Source of the DNA: Patescibacteria group bacterium
Lineage (GTDB): Bacteria > Patescibacteriota > Minisyncoccia > Phycocordibacterales > UBA918
Direction of reading: 5' to 3'
Length of the DNA stretch: 45,091 nt
NCBI GenBank assembly: GCA_040386275.1
Contig: JAZKFU010000010.1
Span: 1-45,091 of the forward strand
Positions 38,081 through 45,091 of this stretch are shown piece by piece; within the stretch, counting starts at the first letter, position 1, and the number at the start of each line of letters is the position of its first letter. Position numbers and translations under genes: made by a program. A model generated the notes under the pieces. That model did not search any database, had not been told where the DNA came from, and saw only the letters and a list, made by a program, of their open reading frames with translations.

Positions 38081-39024
38081 CGCCAACTAAAGCCTCGGCC
38101 AAAGTGCCCCCACGCCGCAGTGTCCGCATAAATCGGCGCCTCCAACCCCAAAAAGTCTTTTATGCCTCTTGGAGTGAGATCATATCCGGCCACATCTTCA
38201 GCAACTCCATCAACCACGGCGACCGCCATCAATGCTTGCGGGTAGCCAATAGCGTACGCGAGTTTTACTAACACAGTATTGGCTTCTGGTCGTTGCTCTA
38301 GATAATCAACTGCAATCCGACGGGCCATGTACGCAGCTGACCGATCAACCTTGCTCGGGTCTTTACCCGAAAACGCTCCACCACCCACTGCTACCTCTGG
38401 ACCATAATTATCAATAATAATTTTGCGTCCCGTTAAGCCTGCATCGGCATCAAACCCGCCCTGAGTCCAATCCCCCGCTGGATTAATATGATACTCAGTG
38501 GCGTTAGGAATAACCGATTCAACCAAAGAACGTAATTTTGCCTGTGGCGCATTTTGAAAACTGCACACCACCGAAAATACCTTCCCCGCTTCATCAACGG
38601 TGACTTGAGTTTTACCATCATACGGAAATACCTCGTACACTTTTTGGCACAATGTCCGCGCTAGTTCGTACTCCCGGGGCATATAGGTAGGTGTCTCACG
38701 TGTCGCATAGCCGGTCATGATTCCCTGGTCCCCAGCGCCACCTGTATCTACCCCTTGAGCAATTTCTGGACTCTGCGCCACCACGTGGGTTCGGATAGAT
38801 AACCCCGGACCAGCAATCGCGGTCACAATCGCGTTGATATCAATATCAGTAGCGGTAGTAGTAACTTCACCCGTCACCCACACTTCCCCGTGACTGCCCA
38901 CTGACTCAATCGCTACGCGGCTTTTAGGGTCCTGCGCTAAATACGCATCAAGGATAGCGTCTGATATTCGGTCACACATTTTATCGGGATGTCCCGGCGA
39001 TACACATTCAGCAGTTTTAAGCAT
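38077..39024 (-). CDS. metK: S-adenosylmethionine synthetase (compact, 315 aa)
   Basis: TAECVSPGHPDKMCD, GAGDQG, DGKTQVT, DAGLTGRKIIID.YG, GGGAFSGKDPSKVDRSAAY. Confidence 0.95.
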   Translation of the reverse strand: MLKTAECVSPGHPDKMCDRISDAILDAYLAQDPKSRVAIESVGSHGEVWVTGEVTTTATDIDINAIVTAIAGPGLSIRTHVVAQSPEIAQGVDTGGAGDQGIMTGYATRETPTYMPREYELARTLCQKVYEVFPYDGKTQVTVDEAGKVFSVVCSFQNAPQAKLRSLVESVIPNATEYHINPAGDWTQGGFDADAGLTGRKIIIDNYGPEVAVGGGAFSGKDPSKVDRSAAYMARRIAVDYLEQRPEANTVLVKLAYAIGYPQALMAVAVVDGVAEDVAGYDLTPRGIKDFLGLEAPIYADTAAWGHFGRGFSWR

Positions 39025-39050
39025 ACATTAATTTATATAATTATTAATAA

Positions 39051-39167
39051 GGTCTTCAGAAACGAGTTCAATTCGAGACGTCCAAATAAAATATGACGAG
39101 TCGTACTTTTGTACGGTGAGGATTATTTTATGCAGGACAACGAAGAAGTGGACCGTTTGTGAAGGCC
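39051..39167. repeat. Palindromic element, copy 2 (RPE/MITE-like)
   Basis: Stems GGTCTTCA/TGAAGGCC, AAACG/CGTTT, GTCC/GGAC, ATAAAATA/TATTTTAT and TCGTAC/GTACGG. Shares the GAGYCGTAC..GTACGGTGA core with copy 1. Confidence 0.75.
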
Positions 39168-39171
39168 GTAA

Positions 39172-39194
39172 CAAAAACAACGCTAACGCGTTGT
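39172..39194 (-). terminator. Riboswitch expression-platform terminator
   Basis: Minus strand ACAACGC-GTTA-GCGTTGT-TTTT. Confidence 0.75.
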
Positions 39195-39207
39195 ATCCAG
39201 GAGTCAG

Positions 39208-39334
39208 ATATCTTTCACTGTCCTAATGACAGTGTTGAACGTCGCACCTTGTTTATAAAAACAGGTTGCGGATGAAGTGGTGAATGTTGAAAACATTCGT
39301 CGGGTCAATTCCCTTCTTCATGCTCTGGATACAA
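39208..39334 (-). ncRNA. SAM-I (S-box) riboswitch aptamer upstream of metK
   Basis: Minus strand GTATCCAGAG..GAAGGG-AATTGA-CCC-GACGA..CGCAACC..AGGTGCG-ACGTTCAA-CACTGTC..GACAGTG-AAAGATAT. P1-P4, the kink-turn and the TTGA/TCAA pseudoknot can all be assigned. Confidence 0.85.
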
Positions 39335-39385
39335 ATATTAAGTTGTCCGTATAGAAACTATGTCTATCTTAAAAAAGTTACTTAT

Positions 39386-39412
39386 AAAACAGGCGGCCTT
39401 GCGGTCGCCTGT
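39386..39412 (-). terminator. Intrinsic terminator
   Basis: Minus strand ACAGGCGACC-GCAA-GGCCGCCTGT-TTT (GNRA loop). Confidence 0.8.
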
Positions 39413-39424
39413 ATGTCTTGTTCG

Positions 39425-40075
39425 TTAACTGCGTACACCCATTTTTATGAGCTGATCAGATGCACTTGCTTTGCGAGCCAGTGCTTCAGCTTCAGCATAT
39501 AATCGTGCCCGATTTTTGTCACTCCGGTGAAGCAAATTCGCAATGGCTCGATTGACGCGAGCGGCTTGAGCAAAGTCTGCTTGTAACGCGGTAGCACTTG
39601 CTAGCATCTCAAGTTTAAATACAACATGCTCATCAATCTTACGACCGCTCAATTTATGAGCATGTATCATCAGGAACGCTCGGGTGTGCGGGTTACATTC
39701 TTCTCCTGCCGTAACCCGCGCGTGAGCATGCTGAAGAATATCATGACGCTTCTCACGAAGAGACATAAGAATAGGATTGCCAAACCGACTCCAGATTGCT
39801 GAAACTACATCAATGTCATCCAGTGACAGTGATTTAAAGTTGTTGGCCCGGCCTGCAGTAGTAGCCAAATCCATTGCCCTATTGGAGCACCACAGCAAGC
39901 GAATAACGTACCATACGCGTCCGCTTTTAATTTCCGCAAATGCCCTTGTCGCGGCTGAATAATAAACCGATGCAAGTCTTACATGATCTGATGGTGTTTT
40001 GCGGCTCCGATCAAAGCGCGCTGCAGCAATCTCAATCGCACCTTTATGACCCCAGTAGTCACCTTCAAAACTCAT
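39425..40075 (-). CDS. Hypothetical alpha-helical (TPR-like) protein
   Basis: 216-aa Ala/Arg-rich helical ORF (RLASVYYSAA, AQAARVNRAIANLL). GAGGA SD upstream, terminator downstream. Confidence 0.65.
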   Translation of the reverse strand: MSFEGDYWGHKGAIEIAAARFDRSRKTPSDHVRLASVYYSAATRAFAEIKSGRVWYVIRLLWCSNRAMDLATTAGRANNFKSLSLDDIDVVSAIWSRFGNPILMSLREKRHDILQHAHARVTAGEECNPHTRAFLMIHAHKLSGRKIDEHVVFKLEMLASATALQADFAQAARVNRAIANLLHRSDKNRARLYAEAEALARKASASDQLIKMGVRS

Positions 40076-40132
40076 GATGCATCCTCTGTTAGAGTGTGTA
40101 GTACGGTCCTTGACTATAAAACTATAAATAAT

Positions 40133-41446
40133 CTACTTTGTCAATTCTGACGCCACCGCGGTCACCTCCCCCGCCCCAATAATTACGATAACAGATGGTT
40201 CTGATTGATTGAGTGATTCACGAATGGTCTGAGCAATTCCTGAAGCTGTTTGCATCACAATTGCTTGCGTACCCTTCGCTGTTATCGCCTCCGCTAATTG
40301 TTCACTACTTACACCCGAAACATTTTCTTCGCGCGCTGCATAAATTGGCAAGAGGTACACCTGATCGGCTTTAGTATAGGCAGTTACAAAATCGGCAAAT
40401 AATTCTTTGGTCCGTGAGTACGTATGTGTCTGCGTGACCACAATTAATTTTCGATTGGGATACAGTTCTCGCGCACCTTGTATGGTGACTCTAATTTCAG
40501 TCGGATGATGTCCATAGTCATCATACACCGGTGTGCCCAGGACATCTCCCTTAAATTCAAATCGGCGCCACGTTCCCGCAAAATTTTCTAACGCTTCATT
40601 AATCACCGGGCGTTCTATATCTAAAAATTCTCCCACGGCTGTTGCTGCGGCCGCGTTCATACGCGTGTGTAGTCCTGGTTGCTTGAGTTTAATTGTGAGA
40701 TCAAGCGATTTGGTGTAATCAATAACAGTCGCTTCCACCCTTTCTAGTATCGGCGCAATTGCAGGGTCAGTGGCAGCAGTGATAATCGCCCCCGTCTCGG
40801 GAACTTTTAACGCGAGCTCACGAAAGGCATGCTGGACATCAGCCAAGTCTTTGTAGTAGTCCACGTGCTCATACTCTACATTGGTGATAACAAGCACATC
40901 TGGATTGAGGCTCAAAAAATCTCGTTTGTATTCACACGCTTCGATAATCGCATACTTACTTTTACCAGGACGGAAGTTACTCCCCGTCTTACTCCGCAAT
41001 GACCCGACAATCACTGTCGGATCAAGACCCGCCTCTTCTAACACGTCAGCAAGCATGGCTGTTGTCGTAGTCTTTCCGTGCGTCCCGGCAACCGCAATTA
41101 AATAGTACTCATTAGCAATAAGCCCCAGCGCATCAAAATAATTCATCATCGGTACCCCAAGCGCGCGAGCCGCGACCATCTCCTCTTGATCGTGTGCCAT
41201 TGCCTCGGTGTACACAATAAGTTCGAGGTCTCGCCTCGAACTTAGGTTGGAGGCTGATTGGGTGGGGAAAAATTGTACGCCTTCTGTAACGAGCGCATCG
41301 GTGATGGGACTAGCAGCCCGGTCACTGCCCGAAACCGTTTTTCCGTCATGGAGGAAAAACCGTGCCAGCGCGGACATACCGATACCGCCGATACCAATAA
41401 AGTGAATATTCTGTACGGTGCTTATATTTATAGAGTGATTTGACAT
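40133..41446 (-). CDS. murC: UDP-N-acetylmuramate--L-alanine ligase
   Basis: HFIGIGGIGMSALA, SGSD, AGTHGKTTTT, EACEY, GTWRRFE, DDYGHHPTEI, HTYSRT, IYAARE. Confidence 0.93.
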   Translation of the reverse strand: MSNHSINISTVQNIHFIGIGGIGMSALARFFLHDGKTVSGSDRAASPITDALVTEGVQFFPTQSASNLSSRRDLELIVYTEAMAHDQEEMVAARALGVPMMNYFDALGLIANEYYLIAVAGTHGKTTTTAMLADVLEEAGLDPTVIVGSLRSKTGSNFRPGKSKYAIIEACEYKRDFLSLNPDVLVITNVEYEHVDYYKDLADVQHAFRELALKVPETGAIITAATDPAIAPILERVEATVIDYTKSLDLTIKLKQPGLHTRMNAAAATAVGEFLDIERPVINEALENFAGTWRRFEFKGDVLGTPVYDDYGHHPTEIRVTIQGARELYPNRKLIVVTQTHTYSRTKELFADFVTAYTKADQVYLLPIYAAREENVSGVSSEQLAEAITAKGTQAIVMQTASGIAQTIRESLNQSEPSVIVIIGAGEVTAVASELTK

Positions 41447-41505
41447 AGTAGCGGTATCATATAGTATCAAATTTAGACGTACACAACCATAAAAGGAATA
41501 CCACC

Positions 41506-42222
41506 ATGCCTATCGCTATTGCCGTTGACCCCACCAAAGTGCTCCGGACGGAAGGCTTCATTATTGCGACCTTTGATGGCAAAAATGCGGCTTTAGCGAG
41601 CGCCATTGCGTTTACCCATCAGCCTAAACACGCCATCAAACACCTGGTTTCTCCCCCGAGCAGAAGGGGCGAACTCGGTTTTAAGGAAGTCGTGACTAAC
41701 CCACGTGACTACAATATCAGCGCTGACGGTATTGTAGTGACCAAGAACCGGGCGGCCGCGATGTACAGCCGGGATTGTCCGATTACGTTTCTGATGGACT
41801 CAACCAAGAAAATAGGTGTCCTCCTACACTGCGGGCGACCCGCCATGACACCGACGCAAGGAGAGAGCAGTCGCACACATACCATTGTGACGGCAGGCCT
41901 AGAGACACTCAAAGCGTACGGGAGTGACGTTAAGGACATCAGTGCCTACATCACGGCCGGCATTTGCGCCCAGTGCTTTACGCACAACCTGGAAACCGAC
42001 CAAGAACTACTCTTTCCCTTCATGGCCTACTACCCCCAGTTCGTTAACCAGAAAACTGGTGATCTGGACTTGATTGGTATGATTACCGCGCAACTGGTAG
42101 AAGCCGGCGTGGCCAAAACCAACATCCACCACGATGAGATGTGCACCAAGGAACATGAGGGACTTGCAAGCAAACGTGGTGGTGATTCAGACAGTAACTT
42201 AGTGAAAGCCTATGTGGTATAA
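41506..42222 (+). CDS. Divergent YfiH/PgeF (laccase-domain, purine nucleoside phosphorylase-like) protein
   Basis: ADGIV, SRDCPI (cf. TADC.P), LHCGR (cf. HAGWR), ITAGICAQCF (cf. IGP.I..CCY), DLIGMI..QL..AGV, CT. AAGGA SD upstream. Confidence 0.7.
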   Translation: MPIAIAVDPTKVLRTEGFIIATFDGKNAALASAIAFTHQPKHAIKHLVSPPSRRGELGFKEVVTNPRDYNISADGIVVTKNRAAAMYSRDCPITFLMDSTKKIGVLLHCGRPAMTPTQGESSRTHTIVTAGLETLKAYGSDVKDISAYITAGICAQCFTHNLETDQELLFPFMAYYPQFVNQKTGDLDLIGMITAQLVEAGVAKTNIHHDEMCTKEHEGLASKRGGDSDSNLVKAYVV

Positions 42223-42263
42223 AAAATGCGCAGCCGATACATAATCGGCTGCGTTTCTTTTTT
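42221..42263. terminator. Bidirectional intrinsic terminator
   Basis: AAAAAAT-GCGCAGCCGAT-ACATA-ATCGGCTGCGT-TTCTTTTTT between convergent genes. Confidence 0.8.
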
Positions 42264-42699
42264 ATTCGGTATAAAGTGCTTGGATAAAGTATCGTGCCGT
42301 TCGTTCTTGTAACTTCTCCTCAGCAGTTGATTCTTCATCATCTAGTATTGCCCAGGCGAGGGCCTCATCTTTGGTAAATCCGGCGTCTTTTAAAATTCCG
42401 AACGTGAGCTGTATCCACTCCTCTGAACCATGTTCGGCTGTACGTAGTGCATGTACTCGACTATCAGCTACCTGCATATCATTATTTCCGAGAATGTCTT
42501 CTAACTCTCCCATATCAGCTATCGCCTGTTGGCAGATGTTTTTATTTTCATGCCCCTGGGCAATAAGCTCCGTACGATGGTTGGCAAAATACGCCACAGG
42601 ATCAGTCGCAAAGGCCAGGGCTTTGAAGTATCCCGACTCCCTATCAATAATGTACATTTGTTCTGCACTTTCTCCCTGCAAGGTAAATTTTTCACTCAT
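42262..42699 (-). CDS. Hypothetical acidic protein, probably co-transcribed with murD
   Basis: 145-aa ORF starting 3 nt after the murD stop and ending at the terminator. Confidence 0.65.
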   Translation of the reverse strand: MSEKFTLQGESAEQMYIIDRESGYFKALAFATDPVAYFANHRTELIAQGHENKNICQQAIADMGELEDILGNNDMQVADSRVHALRTAEHGSEEWIQLTFGILKDAGFTKDEALAWAILDDEESTAEEKLQERTARYFIQALYTE

Positions 42700-42702
42700 A
42701 CA

Positions 42703-44079
42703 TTATTGAGCCTCTGCATCTACTAACGAATCCACCAACGCCATAAACTCATCGTTACGTTCGTATTCGTTTTTGTATTGGGCGAAACTGGCAAAGGCAG
42801 GCGAGAACAGAATAATGTCGCCCGCGGTAGCGAGACGGGTCGCCTCGGCAAAGGCGCCTTTTAAATCGCCCATCACCGACACCCCCGTATCTCCACCATC
42901 GAGATATCCGAGCAAATTATCGGTGCCGGAACCGGGAATCAAAAAGACATTTTTGCAGTGCTCGGTTATCGCGTAGGCAAGCTTCGTGATATCGATATTT
43001 TTATCAGCCCCGCCCGCTATGAGAATAATATTTTTATTACCCTGATCAAGTGACTCAAGCGCGACCGTGGTCGCTTGGGGAGTCGTTGCGTTGTTATCGT
43101 TATAAATCCGCACATTGTTTACTGTCGCCACTAATTGCAAACGTCCTTCCACTCCGGGGAAGGTTGCCAGTCCTTCAAATATTTCTTCATCAGTTAACCC
43201 GACCGCCCGCAAAGCTTCAGTTGCGAGTGCCGCATTTAAACGATTGTGCTCTCCTGGCATTGAGAGCAACATGTCTTCGGGTAACACAGATACATCAGCT
43301 AATACAATTTCTTGACCAAGTGTTTCGTTAGGTAACACTTTTTTCACCCACTCAAAAACCGCTGGCGTTGTAATGAAGGTTCCACTATCTTCTTGATGTA
43401 AAAATATTTGTGCTTTGTCAGTAAAATATGAAGCCATCGCGTCATCATGACTTTTACCACCCCGCTCGTAGTAATTGAGGTGATCTTCCATAAACGTCGT
43501 AAACACCGCAACGTTCGGTGAAATACTCGCCCAACCAAATCCTTGCAGTTGCCACGAATCTAATTCCATCACACACAGTGAATCTTCTTTTACTTCTTTG
43601 AGTAATTGTAAATTTGATACACCTCGAATATTTCCCCCGAGCAAAACCGGTTCACCCGTAATGTACGAGAGTACATGGTGAATCATCATCGTGACGGTAG
43701 ATTTACCGCGCGTACCGGTCACGCCAATAATCGGAATGCGTGATAACTCAGCAAATAACGCCGCACTTTGCACAAGTCGCACTCCCGCCTTTCGTGCGTG
43801 CTCTAGATACGGTGAGTCCATGGGCACACCAGCAGCCACGACAATAAAATCTTTACCTTCAAAATCTTCAAATCGGTGCTCACCGAGCACATAGGTAATG
43901 TTTGGAACTCCGTCTAATTGAGCAAGCGAATCTGCCAACTGCTCGGTCGTTTTCATATCGGTCACCGTTACCTCAGCCCCTGACTCGGCCAGGTATTTAG
44001 CATCCCCAATCCCCCGTCCGAGCAAACCTAACCCCATAAGGGTGACCTGTTTACCCTTAAAATATTCCTGGAAATTCAT
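42703..44079 (-). CDS. murD: UDP-N-acetylmuramoyl-L-alanine--D-glutamate ligase
   Basis: MGLGLLGRG, GVTGTRGKSTVT, GGNI, ELDSWQL, DHLNYY, GRLQ, YNDNNATTP, IAGGADK, SPAFASF.QYKN..ER..F. Confidence 0.93.
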   Translation of the reverse strand: MNFQEYFKGKQVTLMGLGLLGRGIGDAKYLAESGAEVTVTDMKTTEQLADSLAQLDGVPNITYVLGEHRFEDFEGKDFIVVAAGVPMDSPYLEHARKAGVRLVQSAALFAELSRIPIIGVTGTRGKSTVTMMIHHVLSYITGEPVLLGGNIRGVSNLQLLKEVKEDSLCVMELDSWQLQGFGWASISPNVAVFTTFMEDHLNYYERGGKSHDDAMASYFTDKAQIFLHQEDSGTFITTPAVFEWVKKVLPNETLGQEIVLADVSVLPEDMLLSMPGEHNRLNAALATEALRAVGLTDEEIFEGLATFPGVEGRLQLVATVNNVRIYNDNNATTPQATTVALESLDQGNKNIILIAGGADKNIDITKLAYAITEHCKNVFLIPGSGTDNLLGYLDGGDTGVSVMGDLKGAFAEATRLATAGDIILFSPAFASFAQYKNEYERNDEFMALVDSLVDAEAQ

Positions 44080-44142
44080 ATATCTCACATCATAGTGAAA
44101 AATATCAATTTAGGCTAGTCCTCTCATGCTATAGTACGAATA

Positions 44143-44322
44143 ATGCAAAAATTTACCTTAGAAAAATATCGAGTCTTCCCGTATGTGGCTTGGTCTCTTA
44201 TTATTGGCTTCGCAGTGTTTGTGGGGAGTGTTACGTTAGAACTTCGTCATAGCATTTCAGAATTAGAAGTTATTACGCAAAATCTGCAGACATCAGTCCC
44301 GCCACATACCCATACACCGTAA
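44143..44322 (+). CDS. Small single-TM protein with coiled-coil tail (59 aa; below the ORF-track cutoff)
   Basis: MQKFTLEKYRVFPYVAWSLIIGFAVFVGSVTLELRHSISELEVITQNLQTSVPPHTHTP*. TGC-TATAGT lies 7 nt upstream of the ATG. Confidence 0.7.
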   Translation: MQKFTLEKYRVFPYVAWSLIIGFAVFVGSVTLELRHSISELEVITQNLQTSVPPHTHTP

Positions 44323-44345
44323 TTTAATTGGTGTACAATTATACA

Positions 44346-44918
44346 GTGATTGAGTATAAAAAATTTATTCCCTTTCTCCTTATTTCTGTTGTATTACTGG
44401 GAGTAGTAATACTAGCGTTATTCGCCGCTGACACCATCACGCGATCAACCGAAATTCAATCATTCATTGGTAATTTAGGATACGTCGGAGTTATCTTAGT
44501 CGCCATCATCGGCGGACTAAATATTTTTGTACCGATTCCCGCCGTCACTCTGACGCCGATATTTACCGCTAGCGGTCTGTCCTTACCGCTCATTATTCTT
44601 TCCCTCACCGTTGGGACCCTCATTGCTGACTACATTGGCTATCTATTTGGCACCGTCAGTCGTTCATATTTATTTAACCAATATCCTAAAATTATTTCCT
44701 GGCTGGAAGAAAAAGTTACTACCCGACCACATTTACTCTTTCCGCTCACCTTTCTCTATGCCGCTTTTATGCCGTTACCAAACGAGGTAATAATTATCCC
44801 CTTTGCCGTATTAGGCATTAAGTTTCAAAGATTATTTTTACCTCTTCTCTTAGGAAACCTCGTAAACCAATCAATGTATGCAGTTGGGTTTCAGACGGTG
44901 TTTAATTGGGTGTTTTGA
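44346..44918 (+). CDS. DedA/VTT (SNARE-associated) family membrane protein
   Basis: LGYVGV..VAIIGGLNIFVPIP, GTLIADYIGYLFG, FMPLPNE....PFA. GTG 44346 lies 6 nt after TACAAT. Confidence 0.75.
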   Translation: MIEYKKFIPFLLISVVLLGVVILALFAADTITRSTEIQSFIGNLGYVGVILVAIIGGLNIFVPIPAVTLTPIFTASGLSLPLIILSLTVGTLIADYIGYLFGTVSRSYLFNQYPKIISWLEEKVTTRPHLLFPLTFLYAAFMPLPNEVIIIPFAVLGIKFQRLFLPLLLGNLVNQSMYAVGFQTVFNWVF

Positions 44919-44944
44919 GGGATGTAAAAGAAAGGAGCTGCGGT

Positions 44945-45091
44945 TCGCACCAACGTCGTAACTGCCATTGGACGCGCTGGTGGTCACGAGTCACTAACCG
45001 TATTTGTTCGCTACGCTCCAAATCCGCTAAGTGCTCTCGACCCCGACTCGACTGTCGCAGAGCGACATGTCTCCGTCTCGCACCAACGCCG
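44945..45091. repeat. GC-rich structured intergenic element with a direct repeat (runs off the window)
   Basis: TCGCACCAACGYCG at 44945 and 45078. Internal hairpin GTCGC-AGA-GCGAC, plus an imperfect stem around TTCGCTACGCTC. Confidence 0.4.

Noticed and set aside
37954-39167. Classical integron attC cassette or IS composite transposon around metK
   Set aside because: No integron integrase or transposase in the window, the outer arms differ between the copies, and no target-site duplication is evident. Kept only as a palindromic-element finding.
39284-39502. 72-aa plus-strand ORF
   Set aside because: Antisense across the riboswitch, a terminator and the end of the upstream gene.
1248-43894. 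Dozens of 60-140 aa ORFs nested in or antisense to long genes (e.g. 1556-1915, 29661-30077, 33716-34057, 37170-37484, 42371-42709)
   Set aside because: They fully overlap well-supported genes and have no recognisable motifs or expression signals.
44919-45091. tRNA gene (GGTTCG...ACCA-like strings)
   Set aside because: I could not build a cloverleaf on either strand within the window.

Overview
Chromosomal window from a small-genome bacterium, most likely Patescibacteria/CPR (Parcubacteria-like). This is inferred from the orphan VirD4-like ATPase, the Wzy_C-TPR protein, the LD/DD-peptidase fusion and near-universal leaderless gene starts. It runs from murB (truncated at the left edge) through a ~28 kb surface-glycan locus. 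That locus holds an O-antigen-ligase/TPR protein, a sulfotransferase-like protein, five GT4s plus a half-GT4, GT2, a GtrA/GT-C fusion, a Wzx flippase and six SAM methyltransferases. It also holds a nucleotide-heptose pathway (gmhA, hldA, an unusual hldC-gmhB fusion, GT9), an ATP-grasp/PIG-L/HAD module, an APH-like kinase and a small alarmone hydrolase. The rest carries cell-wall and housekeeping genes (rsmI, metK, murC, murD, DedA). Three non-coding observations stand out. (1) There are two gene architectures: core genes start 6-8 nt after a -10 box, while six solitary divergent genes each have an SD and their own strong terminator. (2) A SAM-I riboswitch with a complete terminator/antiterminator lies upstream of metK. 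(3) Two co-oriented, covarying ~120-nt palindromic (RPE-like) elements bracket metK exactly. No CRISPR, rRNA, tRNA, integrase or transposase was seen. All product calls come from motif recognition by eye, not database searches.
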